Positions 25,785 through 39,300 of a DNA stretch of 64,000 nt are shown here, in pieces (position 1 is the stretch's first letter; each line of letters starts with the position of its first letter). The DNA is taken from contig OZ037770.1 in NCBI GenBank assembly GCA_964035545.1, positions 5,404,729-5,468,728 of the forward strand. Reading direction: 5' to 3'. The position numbers and the translations under genes were made by a program. The notes beneath the pieces were generated by a model, which had not been told where the DNA came from, did no database searches, and saw only the letters and a program-made list of their open reading frames with translations. Origin of the DNA: Bugula neritina (lineage: Eukaryota > Animalia > Bryozoa).

Positions 25785-27380
25785 TTCTGGCGGATAATGG
25801 CATAGGTCCTACTAAATCCAACGCCAAAACTTGCCACGACCACCCAAAGTACAGCTGGCGTTGACTAGTGGTTTCCGTGGAGCGGCCATGACTGCTAGCC
25901 TGGCAAACTTTGCATTGCGGTCTTTGTAGTCGCATGTACTAACTCAACACTAGCGAATAGCATGACAGGTTACATGAAAGGGTTGATTCATTGGACAAGA
26001 AGCTCCCCCCTGCAATCTAGTTGATTTAGACTGTTTGCCAGTTAAATCTTCCTATGTATTCCTTCTATCACTCCCAACTCCTCTTGCAGTTGACCCTGCG
26101 TCAAAGGGTAGCCTAGGACCGTCTTTGTATCGTGCAGTCTTTTACTACCTGGACTTCGCCCACAAAAGGCCAGCCAAACTTTCTCAACGCCAATAAGTTC
26201 CTTCCCAGCTATCACCACTTCCAACTTCTGAAAATACATGTGGCACTGATGCTTCTCTAAGAATGGCATGCCCAGGATGGCGTCCTATTTTAGGTGGCTG
26301 ACAATGAAAGTCTTGTGAATCACCTGATCATGGACTCGTCCAGGTAGTGTGATGGTGCCATAAAAAGGAATACATGATCCATCTGCCAACGTACCATGTG
26401 CACCTTTATACAGCTTGAGACACGCCTGCTCGTAGGCGTCATGAGTGTCGAAGACACGTTGGCCTAACAGGTTTGTGGTGCACTCAGTGCCTACTAGGAA
26501 AGTGGCTGTTTTAACCGCAATCTTTCTGGGTAGGAAGTAGCTGCGCCTGTATGGCTGAGCGCTCCTGGAGCAGTCAGCCTATGAGAGAGACATTTTTTAG
26601 TTCCTCACAGCAGCCTCCTTTTTGTTTTTATGACATTGGTGGCTTTGTGAGGTCTGGAGGATAATTTGGGAAACTCTGGTGATCAGGCTTAACCCTCCTC
26701 CAAAACATTTTTTCGGGCAACCTTGCAAACCGGCTGCTGAGTGTCCATGCAAAAAAGTTACGGTAAACCTTGCGGTCTCCGAAATCTCCGGGGTGCCTGC
26801 CACCCAGCGTCATGAAGCTCTATCCAAGTGCTAAAATACTGGACAGAAGGTTTAGGCAGGTCTTTTGAGCTACAATTTTGATGTGTCTGTCCCTCAGCGT
26901 CTGCAGATACCATTGACGCCCTCCTTTTTCTAGGTCTCTCCCCGGGTAGGGTGTGCTTTGGCCCTTCTCCAAAAATGGAGGTGGCAAAAGTTACTGTGGG
27001 CTTTGGGGTTTGGGTTTAAAAAGACCCTCCCTTCTCGGGGACAGCGCCGGACATGTGTCCCGAGACTCCACACCCCCACAGGTAAGGTGTGAAGGCCTGA
27101 CAGTGTTGTCCAAAAATCTGGGTGTCTGCTTGTCAGCCTGACTGGGATGCATCTTTATCATTTCTGCTTGTATGCCTTTCACCAAGTCAATCAGTGTGGT
27201 GAACTGTGTGGGGGTCGCTGATGTTGTGGTAGCAGCCGCAACTTAAGGTAAGCGTGGCTACCTCTCCTCTCTCTCCCTCAACTCGATTGACAGTAAATTT
27301 TGCACTTTTGGGTCTCTCTACTTGATAATAGGCCTTTCCATCTCTACTGCCACATCATGGAGTCCATCTCAGCTGCCAAG
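25783..27380 (-). mobile_element. Degenerate Gypsy fragment (gag end, protease, integrase N-terminal piece)
   Basis: CKVCQASSHGR...WQVLALDLVGPMPLSAR and MPFLEKHQCHMYFQKLEVVIAGKEL are homologous to the pol at 18282-22131. Confidence 0.85.
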
Positions 27381-30334
27381 TAGTTGCGTTGCAATTTTTT
27401 ATGTATTTCCAACCAAGAATCCAGGATTTTTTCAATTATTCTATTGCATGCTGCATCTCTCCTAATATTGGTTTATCAGAGCCTAAGTTTTAGTTCAATG
27501 TTCAGTAACCAGTTGGTACACATACAGTATGCAGTCCATGCAGTTGTTGTATTATGTTCTAAAATTGAAAGAGATTTTGCTGCCACTGCAATATTTTTAC
27601 CAATCAACCCTATTATACATGTGTAGGACTGCCATAAATAAATGACTTCAACAGGTTGTTGTACCTGAATCTCTGTTTTGCATATTACAATGCTCTCTAA
27701 GTTGCTACTCCACAAAGGCTATACTAGCACTATTGATAATTAAATGGGTAGCTGTCATTTCATCACATAAGCAACAGCTGGAAAAAAAGCTATCAGGTTA
27801 GTCTGTCAAACTGTTGACCAGCAGTGGTTAAACAGTTTTGTTTCAAGATTGTTAAAATAGCTTATGCTGCTGTTTTTGATGGTTATGACTACTGAAGTTA
27901 CTAGCAAAGCTAACAACTTTGAGTAAATAACCCAACAGCAAAAACTAATTATAGTTTGTATAATATGACTAAGGCGCAATAATACAGTGTAGGTTTAAAC
28001 TAGCATAGAGAAACATGATTTTGTTTACCATACATGTAGTTGGTAAATGTGGTGCTAAATAAAACTTGAACTAAAAGATAATAAACAAGTTTACTATATA
28101 AGTATATATAGTATTATGAAACTGTGAGTTGTCCTCTGGAACCGACCACGTTAGTTGCGTGACTCTCAGCCTCTTCAACATTGTTATTGCTCAGTGAAGG
28201 ACCTGCGGTCTGTCATATTACTATTTTGTTTTGTCATTTATTAGAATAGTTACATTGTTATATCTAATTAGTATTGTCTGTAGGTAGTTATTTCTTTGTG
28301 TACAATAATAGTCTAGTTATTGTTAGTCTTTCTTATTTGTAGTTTTCAGTTTAGTTGCCTACCAGTAAAGATGTACTGGTAGGGGGCTACTAGTGTAATC
28401 GTAAGTGTGTACTGCTTAGCAGTTTGGGGAGCCAAACTGCGTTGGCTTGCGTGGAGAGAGTCGAGGTAGTGCTTGGTGTGACGCAGGGGTGGCAGCTGCC
28501 GGCTATTATAATTATAGAACAGAAACTGAATCTGAGGAAAACGAGACGCCCAAATCAAACTTTCAATTGTTATTTTCTCCACACATATGGGACATATTAT
28601 TTAGCATTGTCGTATAATAATAATTATTGTCATATAATTATTTATGAAGCCCATAACTCACGTGTGAAGGTAGCAATTCAATTTGAAACTAAAAAAGTTT
28701 ATGGCTTAGTAAACTTAAATATGTATTTAAGGTATATTATGGAGAAATATTTAGGTTTGGTAGTCTATTCCTACTGCATTCCAAAAAGATCTATAAAAAG
28801 GTTAGACACACTTGACTTAGATGATCAGTATAATAAAATCCTAAGTGTCAGTGATGAAATAATAAAAGTATTGTCATCACAGAAACAGTGTATAGAGAAG
28901 GAGTTTTCTATATCTATATGTTTACTATAGTTCAAGGAGAAGCAGCAGGCTGCAGTTATGTATCTCTCCAGCAACTAATAAATTGCAATCTAACTGCTTT
29001 CATAAAGAATATAATTAAGTACATAAGTTAGAAGTACAACATAGGCTGTTACCTAACAGCTTATGACACTTTGATTTTGGAAGGGTAGCACTTGTACAAA
29101 ACAAGTAATTAGTGAACGCCTTGACTCAGATGCACTCTAACATAGTACAATAAAGCCATTCAATACCAGGAAGGTACATATGTGCAGGCATATAAATGAG
29201 GGCTTGTATTTGCAACATGCGGTAAATTAAAATAAATACTTCTAAAAGCAATTAGAAAGTCTATCGGAGAACAGGGATTACTCTGTTTGTGATCTATTTT
29301 TTGTATTTCTGACCCGCATCCTGTATCAGCTATCACAAGAATAATGTGTTATATAATACATATAGCAGCTAGAAACATGCCAAAACCTAAAAGCATGACC
29401 TCAAACTACTTGTGTACAAATAGATTAAATGGTACTACCACAGTATTTGATTTAACTTTAAAAGTAATGAAAGAGGGAGTTCTAAAGGCAAAACGAACAC
29501 CTCGGGAGCAATATGTTTTTTAAATAGTCACTACCACGCTTTCCTTTTGGAGTAAAACTTTAAACACCAGCTAATTCATGGAGGAACACAATGTAGGGCT
29601 ACTGAACATACATCATTGACATCATTTAATCGGATAATAATCAGATCCTATTACATAATGAGAGTAAAACTATTACCCATGGCATTTTATTTCAAGAATC
29701 GAAACCATATTGAAGTAAATTATGTGGCAGTGGAGCAAACTATACAGAAAATGATTAGCCAACACAGAAAATCGTCTTCAACTTGCTTGAAAATATCCTC
29801 TCATTATAAGAGCAAAATTTATAGAACTAATAAATCTATTCATATTGTGTGCAGAAAACTCTGCAGTAGATTGCAAATAAGCCTAAATACTACTTCATAC
29901 AAAACTATATACAAGTATGTGCATAAACATACACGTATATACCCAATTATATACATATATACACAACCGTAGAAGTATATGCATAAACATGCAAGTATAT
30001 ATCTACAAAACCATAGAAGGACAGGCAGTATAGTAACTAGTTTAGTAATTGTTACAATGTGTTTTGATTTTATTAAAAGATTAGTTGAATGATGCGCCTG
30101 CAGCTATAGAAATTTGTTTCTCTCCTAATTCAGCAACAATTGTCACATCATTCCATTCATCACTTCATAAATTTGATGCAATTCATACAATTTTCAAGGT
30201 ATGCAGAGAATGCTTCATTTATAGAAAGTAAAGACTTGAACACAATAAAAACTTTTTTCAGGGGTACAGATTTCACTTCAATTATACAATATTTTACCTT
30301 AACTCTGTGCATCTGCATGACAAACTTATTTTAA

Positions 30335-31103
30335 AGGATTGCTCTATCTTGTTTAATAAATGGCCATTTAGGTCAAACACACATAATATTGTGTTTTTCT
30401 AAGCATGCATTGACAAAAAGCATTTGACCAAAGGTAGAAAAAGTTAGTTGAAGTTGAGGGTGTAGATTGGTAACAGCCAAAACGCCGATTTTGAAATGAG
30501 CTGGGAAATGTGACGTAACAGCACCAGCATTCCTGCTGGTCATGTGACTATACAAATGAATAACTATAGAAATATGACTGTGAGATGTGATCTTTCAGCT
30601 CGTAATTTGTATATTTATTGAAGTGCAAAAGTGAATTATCTCAATCTATAGTTTTTTGACATTTTAAAAAATAAGTATGTGATAACATTAGGCCATATTT
30701 TGCTTGTAAACATTAGAAAAAAGCATTGCAAAAACATGCATTCTTTAGGATGAATGCCTGCGATCGGTCTAAACTAGGTCAGATTGTGCAATATTACGGG
30801 CACACCAAAGCTGACCTATATAGCGCACTGTAACTGCTTGAGCGTTATTGGTTGATGTTGTGCCCAGCAACCTTGAATACTAGCGTTATAGTTAGCACGC
30901 GCAGCAAAGTTACTGGCGTTCACACGTCACGTATTACGCTATTCTTTTTCGTGGCTGAAAATTTTACCTCCCTCTAAATTGGAATTTTGAAAAGCTGTTT
31001 TCTAGGCACATATCCCTTTGCAAAGTCACAATTGTTTGCATACACATTAGATTATAGTTCATAATTATAATGTAATTGTAATAAACTAAGATTGAGCAAT
31101 CCT
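30335..31103. mobile_element. Kolobok-like non-autonomous DNA transposon
   Basis: TTAA TSD (30331-30334, 31104-31107), TIR AGGATTGCTC..GAGCAATCCT; exact empty site CTTATTTTAAAGCTGAG in copy B near 39930. Confidence 0.85.
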
Positions 31104-31509
31104 TTAAAGCTGAGATACTGAGTGTGCTTATAATGTACCATATGATTTACTCCACAATAATATATTTACCAATGACAGCAATTGCATGAGCACAGAAGTA
31201 ATTGAGTATTATTTCGAAAAGTTCACCGAATCTATGGCATCATAATTCTTGTCAACAATTACTCAACCTACCTTTTATAGCTGTTCCTTTGTATATGATT
31301 TCCAGCAAAACCAAAATCTTTTCATCTAGGTGGAAATTGATGAGGATGATGGGAAGATATGCATTTTTATTGGTGATTTTCTTTCTCTGTGTTTTTGGGC
31401 TAAGAGACGGCAGACAGAGTGTTGAATAAGTTCTGTGTATTTATGTTAAAGTCTTGATCTGAGTGGATCCTGGAATAAAAATAATAATTTCATTATAGTA
31501 TATAGAGAA

Positions 31510-31700
31510 CAGCCGAGATTCAGGGGTTAGACCGTTTGCTTAGTGAACACGAAATCATGAGTTCACACCGGCAATGGCCAGTGGTGATGTCAGAGAGAGT
31601 ATCCAGTCATAATTGTTTCTGTGCCTCATCTGAATATAGGCCATTGGCCTGATCTATCAAAAACCTCTTCCGTCAAGGGTTTCCCACAGGGATAGTAACT
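31510..31700 (+). repeat. Possible degenerate tRNA-derived SINE (also about 40335-40520)
   Basis: GGTTAG A-box-like and GAGTTCA(C/A)ACC B-box-like motifs followed by a SINE-core-like segment. Confidence 0.35.
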
Positions 31701-33371
31701 ATAATTTTGCATGAAGTTTTATATTACTTCCATTAGCTTAATGAATATATATTATAATATGTACAGTCTCAAATAAGTAGCATTGTTTTATCAAAGTATA
31801 AAGCGATTGAAGCATGTTTGTGGTTTTATTGTGAAGCTAAATTAAAATGAGCAGTATTTGTAAAGTATAAGTTAGCTTTATTTGAAAAGTTTTAGATAGG
31901 TTGACACTGACAATTACTTAGAGTATAGCTGTAGGACAAACTATATAGTGAAACCTTTTATTATATATATATTATTTTATATTCTGTTACTTGGTCAGAA
32001 TAATAGTCATTCAAAAATATAAAAATTAAATGATGAAAGATAAAATTTAGATCAGATTTAATTATGTTTCAGTAAATCTTCCCCAAGCAAGCAAAAAGCA
32101 CAAACACAATAACACACATGCACATATGCATACACAAAGTGACACACACAACACACACAACATAAATAAAACACTTGCATGATGTACAGGCATACGTGCA
32201 AACTATATATTTTAATTTTATGCAGTATATAAATGTGCACTAAAGTTCAAAGCATTAGTTTGATATCTATAACACATACCTGAATAGTCTATAAAGTACC
32301 ACACATGTGATGGTACGGCATTTTAGCAGAGGAAAAAATCTTTTCACAAAGTAGCATGTTTAGCCTCCTATTTGATTGCTGAGAAATAATGATGTGATTC
32401 ATAACCCAGTGAACATGTTTCTTTGCCGGATTAATCAAAGCGAATTGAATGAAAAGAATTTGTTGAAAAGCTAGAAATGCTGGGTGTGTCTTGCTGCTCT
32501 TTTCTCACTGTATTGTATTAGGAGCAATTTAGTCAGTTCAAAGAACATACCTAATGTTTCAAGAGAGAATTTACAGTTGAATAGTATTTTATAATGTGAT
32601 TTGATTTCACTGATAACTTTCATCAGTGTCTTTTGTTTGTAGCTTCAGCACAGAATTCTTGGTATCCATTCCTTTGGTAATGCTGTGTAATTCATATACA
32701 CTGAGCAAGTCATGCTGAGCTTGCTTCATTTAACAAATACAATACTCAAAACACAATGTGGTTCTTTAGATACATATACATATTTTACATAGTAGGTATA
32801 ATGTGTCTTGTTCAGTGAACTGCATCAGGTGACCTAGTTTCATAGCAACATGTTGTTTATCTCTCTGTAGATTTCCATATATGCTTGAAAAGCTACTAGA
32901 ATATCACATTTTCTTGCTCAAATATTGCTCTAATACATATTGTATGAAATAAATAGATTATAAAGAAATTAAATGTACAGTAATAATTGTATACTGTATG
33001 CCCATACACTAAACTAGTATGTACTATGTCCACAGTACATATACTAACTTACGGCAGGTTTAATTTACCTTACAATTAGTCATCTCAAAGTGTGATCTAA
33101 AGTCTAAACCAAGTGTATGAGATACAATATAGTTGGTCAGCTGAGGAAATCAAAGTAGGTTCATTACTTTCAAACCACAATATTAACACGATAGAATATT
33201 TTATAATGTAGAGAGGTTTATTAGCAAGTTGAGCGAAAATTACTTGAGGCGCTTGTTATTCGTTGATTTTTAAATGTTTTAAAGAATAAACAATCAGTCT
33301 ATTATTCTCATAAATTTCAAACTATCAACACAATATGTAGTGAGCACAGTTTATTGTATACTTTAGTATGT

Positions 33372-36300
33372 CTAGTGTATATAGTATGTAGTCTATACAG
33401 TGTATAGTATATAGTCTACACAGTGTATAGTATATAGTCTACACAGTGTATAGTATATAGTCTACACAGTGTATAGTATGTAGTCTACACAGTGTATAGT
33501 ATATAGTCTACACAGTGTATAGTATGTAGTCTACACAGTGTATAGTATGTAGTCTACACAGTGTATAGTATTTTATAGTCTGTACAGTGTATAGTATGTT
33601 ATATTCTGGTTGGTTTATAATAATATATAGTATACACAGTGTATAGTATATAGTCTACACAGTGTATAGTATATAGTCTACACAGTGTATAGTATGTAGT
33701 TTACACAGTGTATAGTATATAGTATACACAGTTTATAGTATATAGTCTACACAGTGTATAGTATATAGTCTACACAGTGTATAGTATATAGTCTACACAG
33801 TGTATAGTATGTAGTCTACACAGTGTATAGTATGTAGTCTACACAGTGTATAGTATGTAGTCTACACAGTGTATAGTATGTAGTCTACACAGTGCATAGT
33901 ATGTAGTCTACACAGTGTATAGTATATAGCCTACATAGTGTATAGTATATAGTCTACATAGTGTATAGTATGTAGTTTACACAGTGTATAGTATATAGTC
34001 TACACAGTGTATAGTATATAGTCTACACAGTGTATAGTATATAGTCTACACAGTGTATAGTATGTAGTCTACACAGTGTATAGTATATAGTCTACACAGT
34101 GTATAGTATGTAGTCTACACAGTGTATAGTATGTAGTCTACACAGTGTATAGTATTTTATAGTCTGTACAGTGTATAGTATGTTATATTCTGGTTGGTTT
34201 ATAATAATATATAGTCTACACAGTGTATAGTATATAGTCTACACAGTGTATAGTATATAGTCTATACAGTGTATAGTATGTAGTTTACACAGTGTATAGT
34301 ATATAGTCTGCACAGTGTATAGTATGTAGTCTACACAGTGTATAGTATATAGTCTACACAGTGTATAGTATATAGTCTACACAGTGTATAGTATATAGTC
34401 TACACAGTGTATAGTATATAGCCTACACAGTGTATAGTATGTAGTCTACACACTGTATAGTATATAGTCTACACAGTGTATAGTATATAGTCTACACAGT
34501 GTATAGTATATAGTCTACACAGTGTGTAGTATATAGTCTACACAGTGTATAGTATGTAGTCTACACAGTGTATAGTATGTAGTCTACACAGTGTATAGTA
34601 TATAGTCTACACAGTGTATAGTATATAGTCTACACAGTGTATAGTATATAGTCTACACAGTGTATAGTATATAGTCTACACAGTGTATAGTATATAGTAT
34701 ACACAGTTTATAGTATATAGTCTACACAGTGTATAGTATATAGTCTACACAGTGTATAGTATATAGTCTACACAGTGTATAGTATGTAGTCTACACAGTG
34801 TATAGTATGTAGTCTACACAGTGTATAGTATGTAGTCTACACAGTGTATAGTATGTAGTCTACACAGTGCATAGTATGTAGTCTACACAGTGTATAGTAT
34901 GTAGTCTACACAGTGTATAGTATGTAGTCTACACAGTGCATAGTATGTAGTCTACACAGTGTATAGTATATAGCCTACACAGTGTATAGTATATAGTCTA
35001 CACAGTGTATAGTATATAGTCTACACAGTGTGTAGTATATAGTCTACACAGTGTATAGTATGTAGTCTACACAGTGTATAGTATGTAGTCTACACAGTGT
35101 ATAGTATATAGTCTACACAGTGTATAGTATATAGTCTACACAGTGTATAGTATGTAGTCTACACAGTGTATAGTATATAGTCTACACAGTGTATAGTATA
35201 TAGTCTACACAGTGTATAGTATGTAGTCTACACAGTGTATAGTATGTAGTCTACACAGTGTATAGTATATAGTCTACACAGTGTATAGTATATAGTCTAC
35301 ACAGTGTATAGTATATAGTCTACACAGTGTATAGTATATAGTCTACACAGTGTATAGTATATAGTCTACACAGTGTATAGTATGTAGTCAACACAGTGTA
35401 TAGTATGTAGTCTACACAGTGTATAGTATTTTATAGTCTGTACAGTGTATAGTATGTTATATTCTGGTTGGTTTATAATAATATATAGTATACACAGTGT
35501 ATAGTATGTAGTCTACACAGTGTATAGTATGTATTCTACACAGTGTATAGTATATAGTCTACACAGTGTATAGTATATAGTCTACACAGTGTATAGTATG
35601 TAGTCTACACAGTGTATAGTATGTAGTCTACACAGTGTATAGTATGTAGTCTACACAGTGTATAGTATGTAGTCTACACAGTGCATAGTATGTAGTCTAC
35701 ACAGTGTATAGTATATAGCCTACACAGTGTATAGTATATAGTCTACACAGTGTATAGTATGTAGTCTACACAGTGTATAGTATGTAGTCTACACAGTGTA
35801 TAGTATGTAGTCTACACAGTGTATAGTATGTAGTCTACACAGTGCATAGTATGTAGTCTACACAGTGTATAGTATATAGCCTACACAGTGTATAGTATAT
35901 AGTCTACATAGTGTATAGTATATAGTCTACACAGTGTATAGTATATAGTCTACACAGTGTATAGTATATAGTCTACACAGTGTATAGTATATAGTCTACA
36001 CAGTGTATAGTATATAGTCTACACAGTGTATAGTATATAGTCTACACAGTGTATAGTATATAGTCTACACAATGTATAGTATATAGTCTACACAGTGTAT
36101 AGTATGTAGTCTACTCAGTATATAGTATGTAGTCTACACAGTGTATAGTATATAGTCTACACAGTGTATAGTATGTAGTCTACACAGTGTATAGTATGTA
36201 ATCTACACAATGTATAGTATATAGTCTACACAGTATATAGTATATAGCCTACACAGTGTATAGTATATAGTCTACACAGTGTATAGTATATAGTCTACAC

Positions 36301-36372
36301 AGTGTATAGTATATAGCCTACACAGTGTATAGTATATAGTCTACACAGTGTATAGTATATAGCCTACACAGC
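33372..36372. repeat. 23-bp satellite CAGTGTATAGTAT(A/G)TAGTCTACA, about 130 units
   Basis: Read directly; recurring interruption (..TTATATTCTGGTTGGTTTATAAT..) near 33600, 34185 and 35460. Confidence 0.97.
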
Positions 36373-39300
36373 GTATATAGTATGCATTCTGTATAGTTTA
36401 TTGTCTTTAGTCTACACCAGCTAAGCAAAATTGCCAAAAGAAACTTCGACTGATCTTTGACCGAAGATGGAACACTTTCGAACTATCAGAGCAAAAAAAA
36501 TTCTGATTGACAGTTGGAAATTTTTGGAACTAGCTGGGTGGCTCGACACTACAACTTGCCGATCTTCCGTCGGAGACCGGCTTACACAAGGAAAAACAAT
36601 TAACGATAAATATAAATACGCAAGCTTATAAATAAAATAAAACAGAAATGACAATTCTTAAAAGCTATACTACTATAGTAAGTCGACTTTCGGTTTCTCT
36701 AATCCATGAAAAATTTTCAATTAGAATAATATTTTTAATTTTTAGGAACTTTCATGAAGCATGAGTACTTAAAACATTTCTTAGCAGTATCAAAAAGCTA
36801 TTTTTTACAAAACTACTAGTAACTTAACTCTTTGCCATAAAATGCATTTATAATGATTTGGTTATTCTTTTTCCTGCTTGCAGGTATTTTTCTATTGCAA
36901 GAGGAAATAGGCTGTGAGCAGCTGGCTTCAATTTTGGCCCTTAGGTGCAGTAACTGCACCTAAGAGCTGGGCATTAACTGGGAAGCTGCAATAGCCAAAG
37001 TTTTCTCATCTTCTTGAAAAATTTAGCTAGTGATATCAAAAGAATGCAATTTTTTTAATGTATTTCTAACCAGAAATCCAGGCTTTTCTCAATTACTCTA
37101 TTGCATGCTGCATCTCTCTCAATATTGATTTATCAAAGCCTAAGGCTTAGTTCAGTGTTCAATAGCCAGTTGGTACACATGCAGTCCATGCAGTTGTTGC
37201 ATTATATTCTAAAATGGAAAGAGATTTTGCTGCCGCTGCAATATTTTTACCAATCAACCTTATTAAACATGTGTAGGACTGCCATAAATAAATAGATTCA
37301 ACAGGGTGTTGTACCTAGATCTACGTTTTGCATATTTTAATGCTCTCCAAGTTGCTACTCCACAGAGGCTATACTAGCACTATTGATAACTAAATGGGTA
37401 GCTGTTATTTCATTACTTAAGCAACAGCTGGAGAAAAAGCTATCAGATTAGTCTGTCAAACTATTGACTAGCAGTGATTAGGCAGTTTTGTTTTAAGATT
37501 GTTACAATAGCTTATGGCGTTGTTCTTGATGGTTATGACTACTGAAGTTACTAGCAAAACTGATAAGTTTGAGTAAATACCCCAACAGCAAAAACTAATT
37601 ATAGTTTGTATAATATGACTAAGGCACAATAATACAGTGTAGGTTTAAACTAGCCTATAGAGAAACATGATGTTGTCTACCATACATGTAGTTGGTAAAT
37701 GTGGTGCTAAATAAAACTCAAACTAAAAGATAATGAAAAAGTTTATATATGTATGGATAATATTATGAAACTGTGAGTTGTGTGTTCCGGTTGAGCGGTC
37801 ATGTTGCGTGACTCTCGGCCTCTTCAACATTGTTATTGCTCAGTGAAGGACCTGTGGTCTGTCATATTATTATTATTGTTCTGTCTTGTCAATTATTAAA
37901 ATTGTTATATTGTTATATTTAATTAGTGTTGTCTAGAGGTTGTTAATTTTTTGTGTGAATTAACAGTCTAGTTATTGTTAGTCTTCTTCATTTGTAGTTT
38001 TCAGTTTTGTTGCCTACCACTAAAGAGGTACTGGTTATAGGGAGCTGCTAGTGTAGTCCTCAGTGTGTACTGCCGAAATCAAACTTTCAATTGTTATTTT
38101 CTCCACACATATTGGACATATTATTCAGCATTGTCGTATAATAATAATTATTGTCGTATAATTATTTATGAAGCCCATAACTCACGTGTGAAGGTAGCAA
38201 TTCAATTTGAAACTAAAAAATTTCATGGCTTAGTAAATTTAAATATGTATTTAAGGTATATTATGGAGAAATATAAAGCTTCAGTAGTCTATTCCTACTG
38301 CGTTCCAAAAAGGTCTATAAAAAGGTTAGACACACCTGACTTAGATGATTATTATAACAAAACCCTGCGAGTCAGTGATGAAATAATAAAAATATTATCA
38401 TCACAGAAACAGAGAAGAATATAATTAAGTACATAAGTTAGGAGAAGGATTTTTCTATATCTATATGTTTACTATAGTTCAAGGAGAAGCAGCAGGCTGC
38501 AGTTATGTATCTCTCTAGCAACTACTAAATCGAAATTTAACTGCTTTCATGAAGAATATAATTAAGTACATAAGTTAGAAGTACAACATAGGCTGTTACC
38601 TAACAGCTTATGAGACTTTGATTTTGGACAGGTAGTACTTGTACAAAACAAGTAATTAGTGAACACGGTGACTCAGATGCACTCTAACATAGTACAATAA
38701 AGCCATTTAATGCCAAGAGTGGATATATGTGCAGGCATATAAATGAGGGCTTGTATTTGCAACATGCTGTAAATTAAAAAAAAAGACTTCTAAAAGCAAA
38801 TTTTAGAAAGTCTATCGGAGAACAGGGATTACTCTGTTCATGATCTATTTTTTGTATTTCTGACCTGCATCCTGTATCAGCGATCACCAGAATAATGTTT
38901 ATATAATACATATAGCAGCTAGAAACATGCCAAAACCTAAAAACATGACCTCAAACTACTTGTGTACAAATAGATTAAATGGTACTACCACAGTATTTGA
39001 TTTAACTTTAAAAGTAATGAAAGAGGGAGTTCTAAAGGCAAAACGAACACCTCGGGAGCAACATGTTTATTAAATAATCACTACCACGCTTTCCTTTTGG
39101 AGTAAAACTTTAAACACCAGCTAATTCGTGGAGGAACATAATGTAGGGCTACTGAACATACATCATTGACATCATTTAATCGAGTAGTAATCAGATCCAA
39201 TTACATAATGAGTGTGAAACTATTACCCATGGCATTCGATTTCAAGAATCGAAACTATATCGAAGTAAAGTATGTGGCAGTGGAGCAAAGTATACATAAA

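Larger units (their letters stand above)
27390..36380 (+). repeat. Segmental duplication copy A (about 6 kb plus 23-bp satellite)
   Basis: Colinear with 37045-45064 at roughly 90% identity by eye (ORF pairs 28424/38065, 29616/39166, 30140/39681, 31202/40011). Confidence 0.92.

Noticed and set aside
28424-31429. ORFs conserved between duplication copies (168, 118 and 75 aa)
   Set aside because: Similarity is explained by the recent DNA duplication; starts and stops differ between copies and there is no recognisable domain.
33372-36372. Possible CRISPR-like array
   Set aside because: Head-to-tail 23-bp units with no unique spacers, eukaryotic context and no cas genes.
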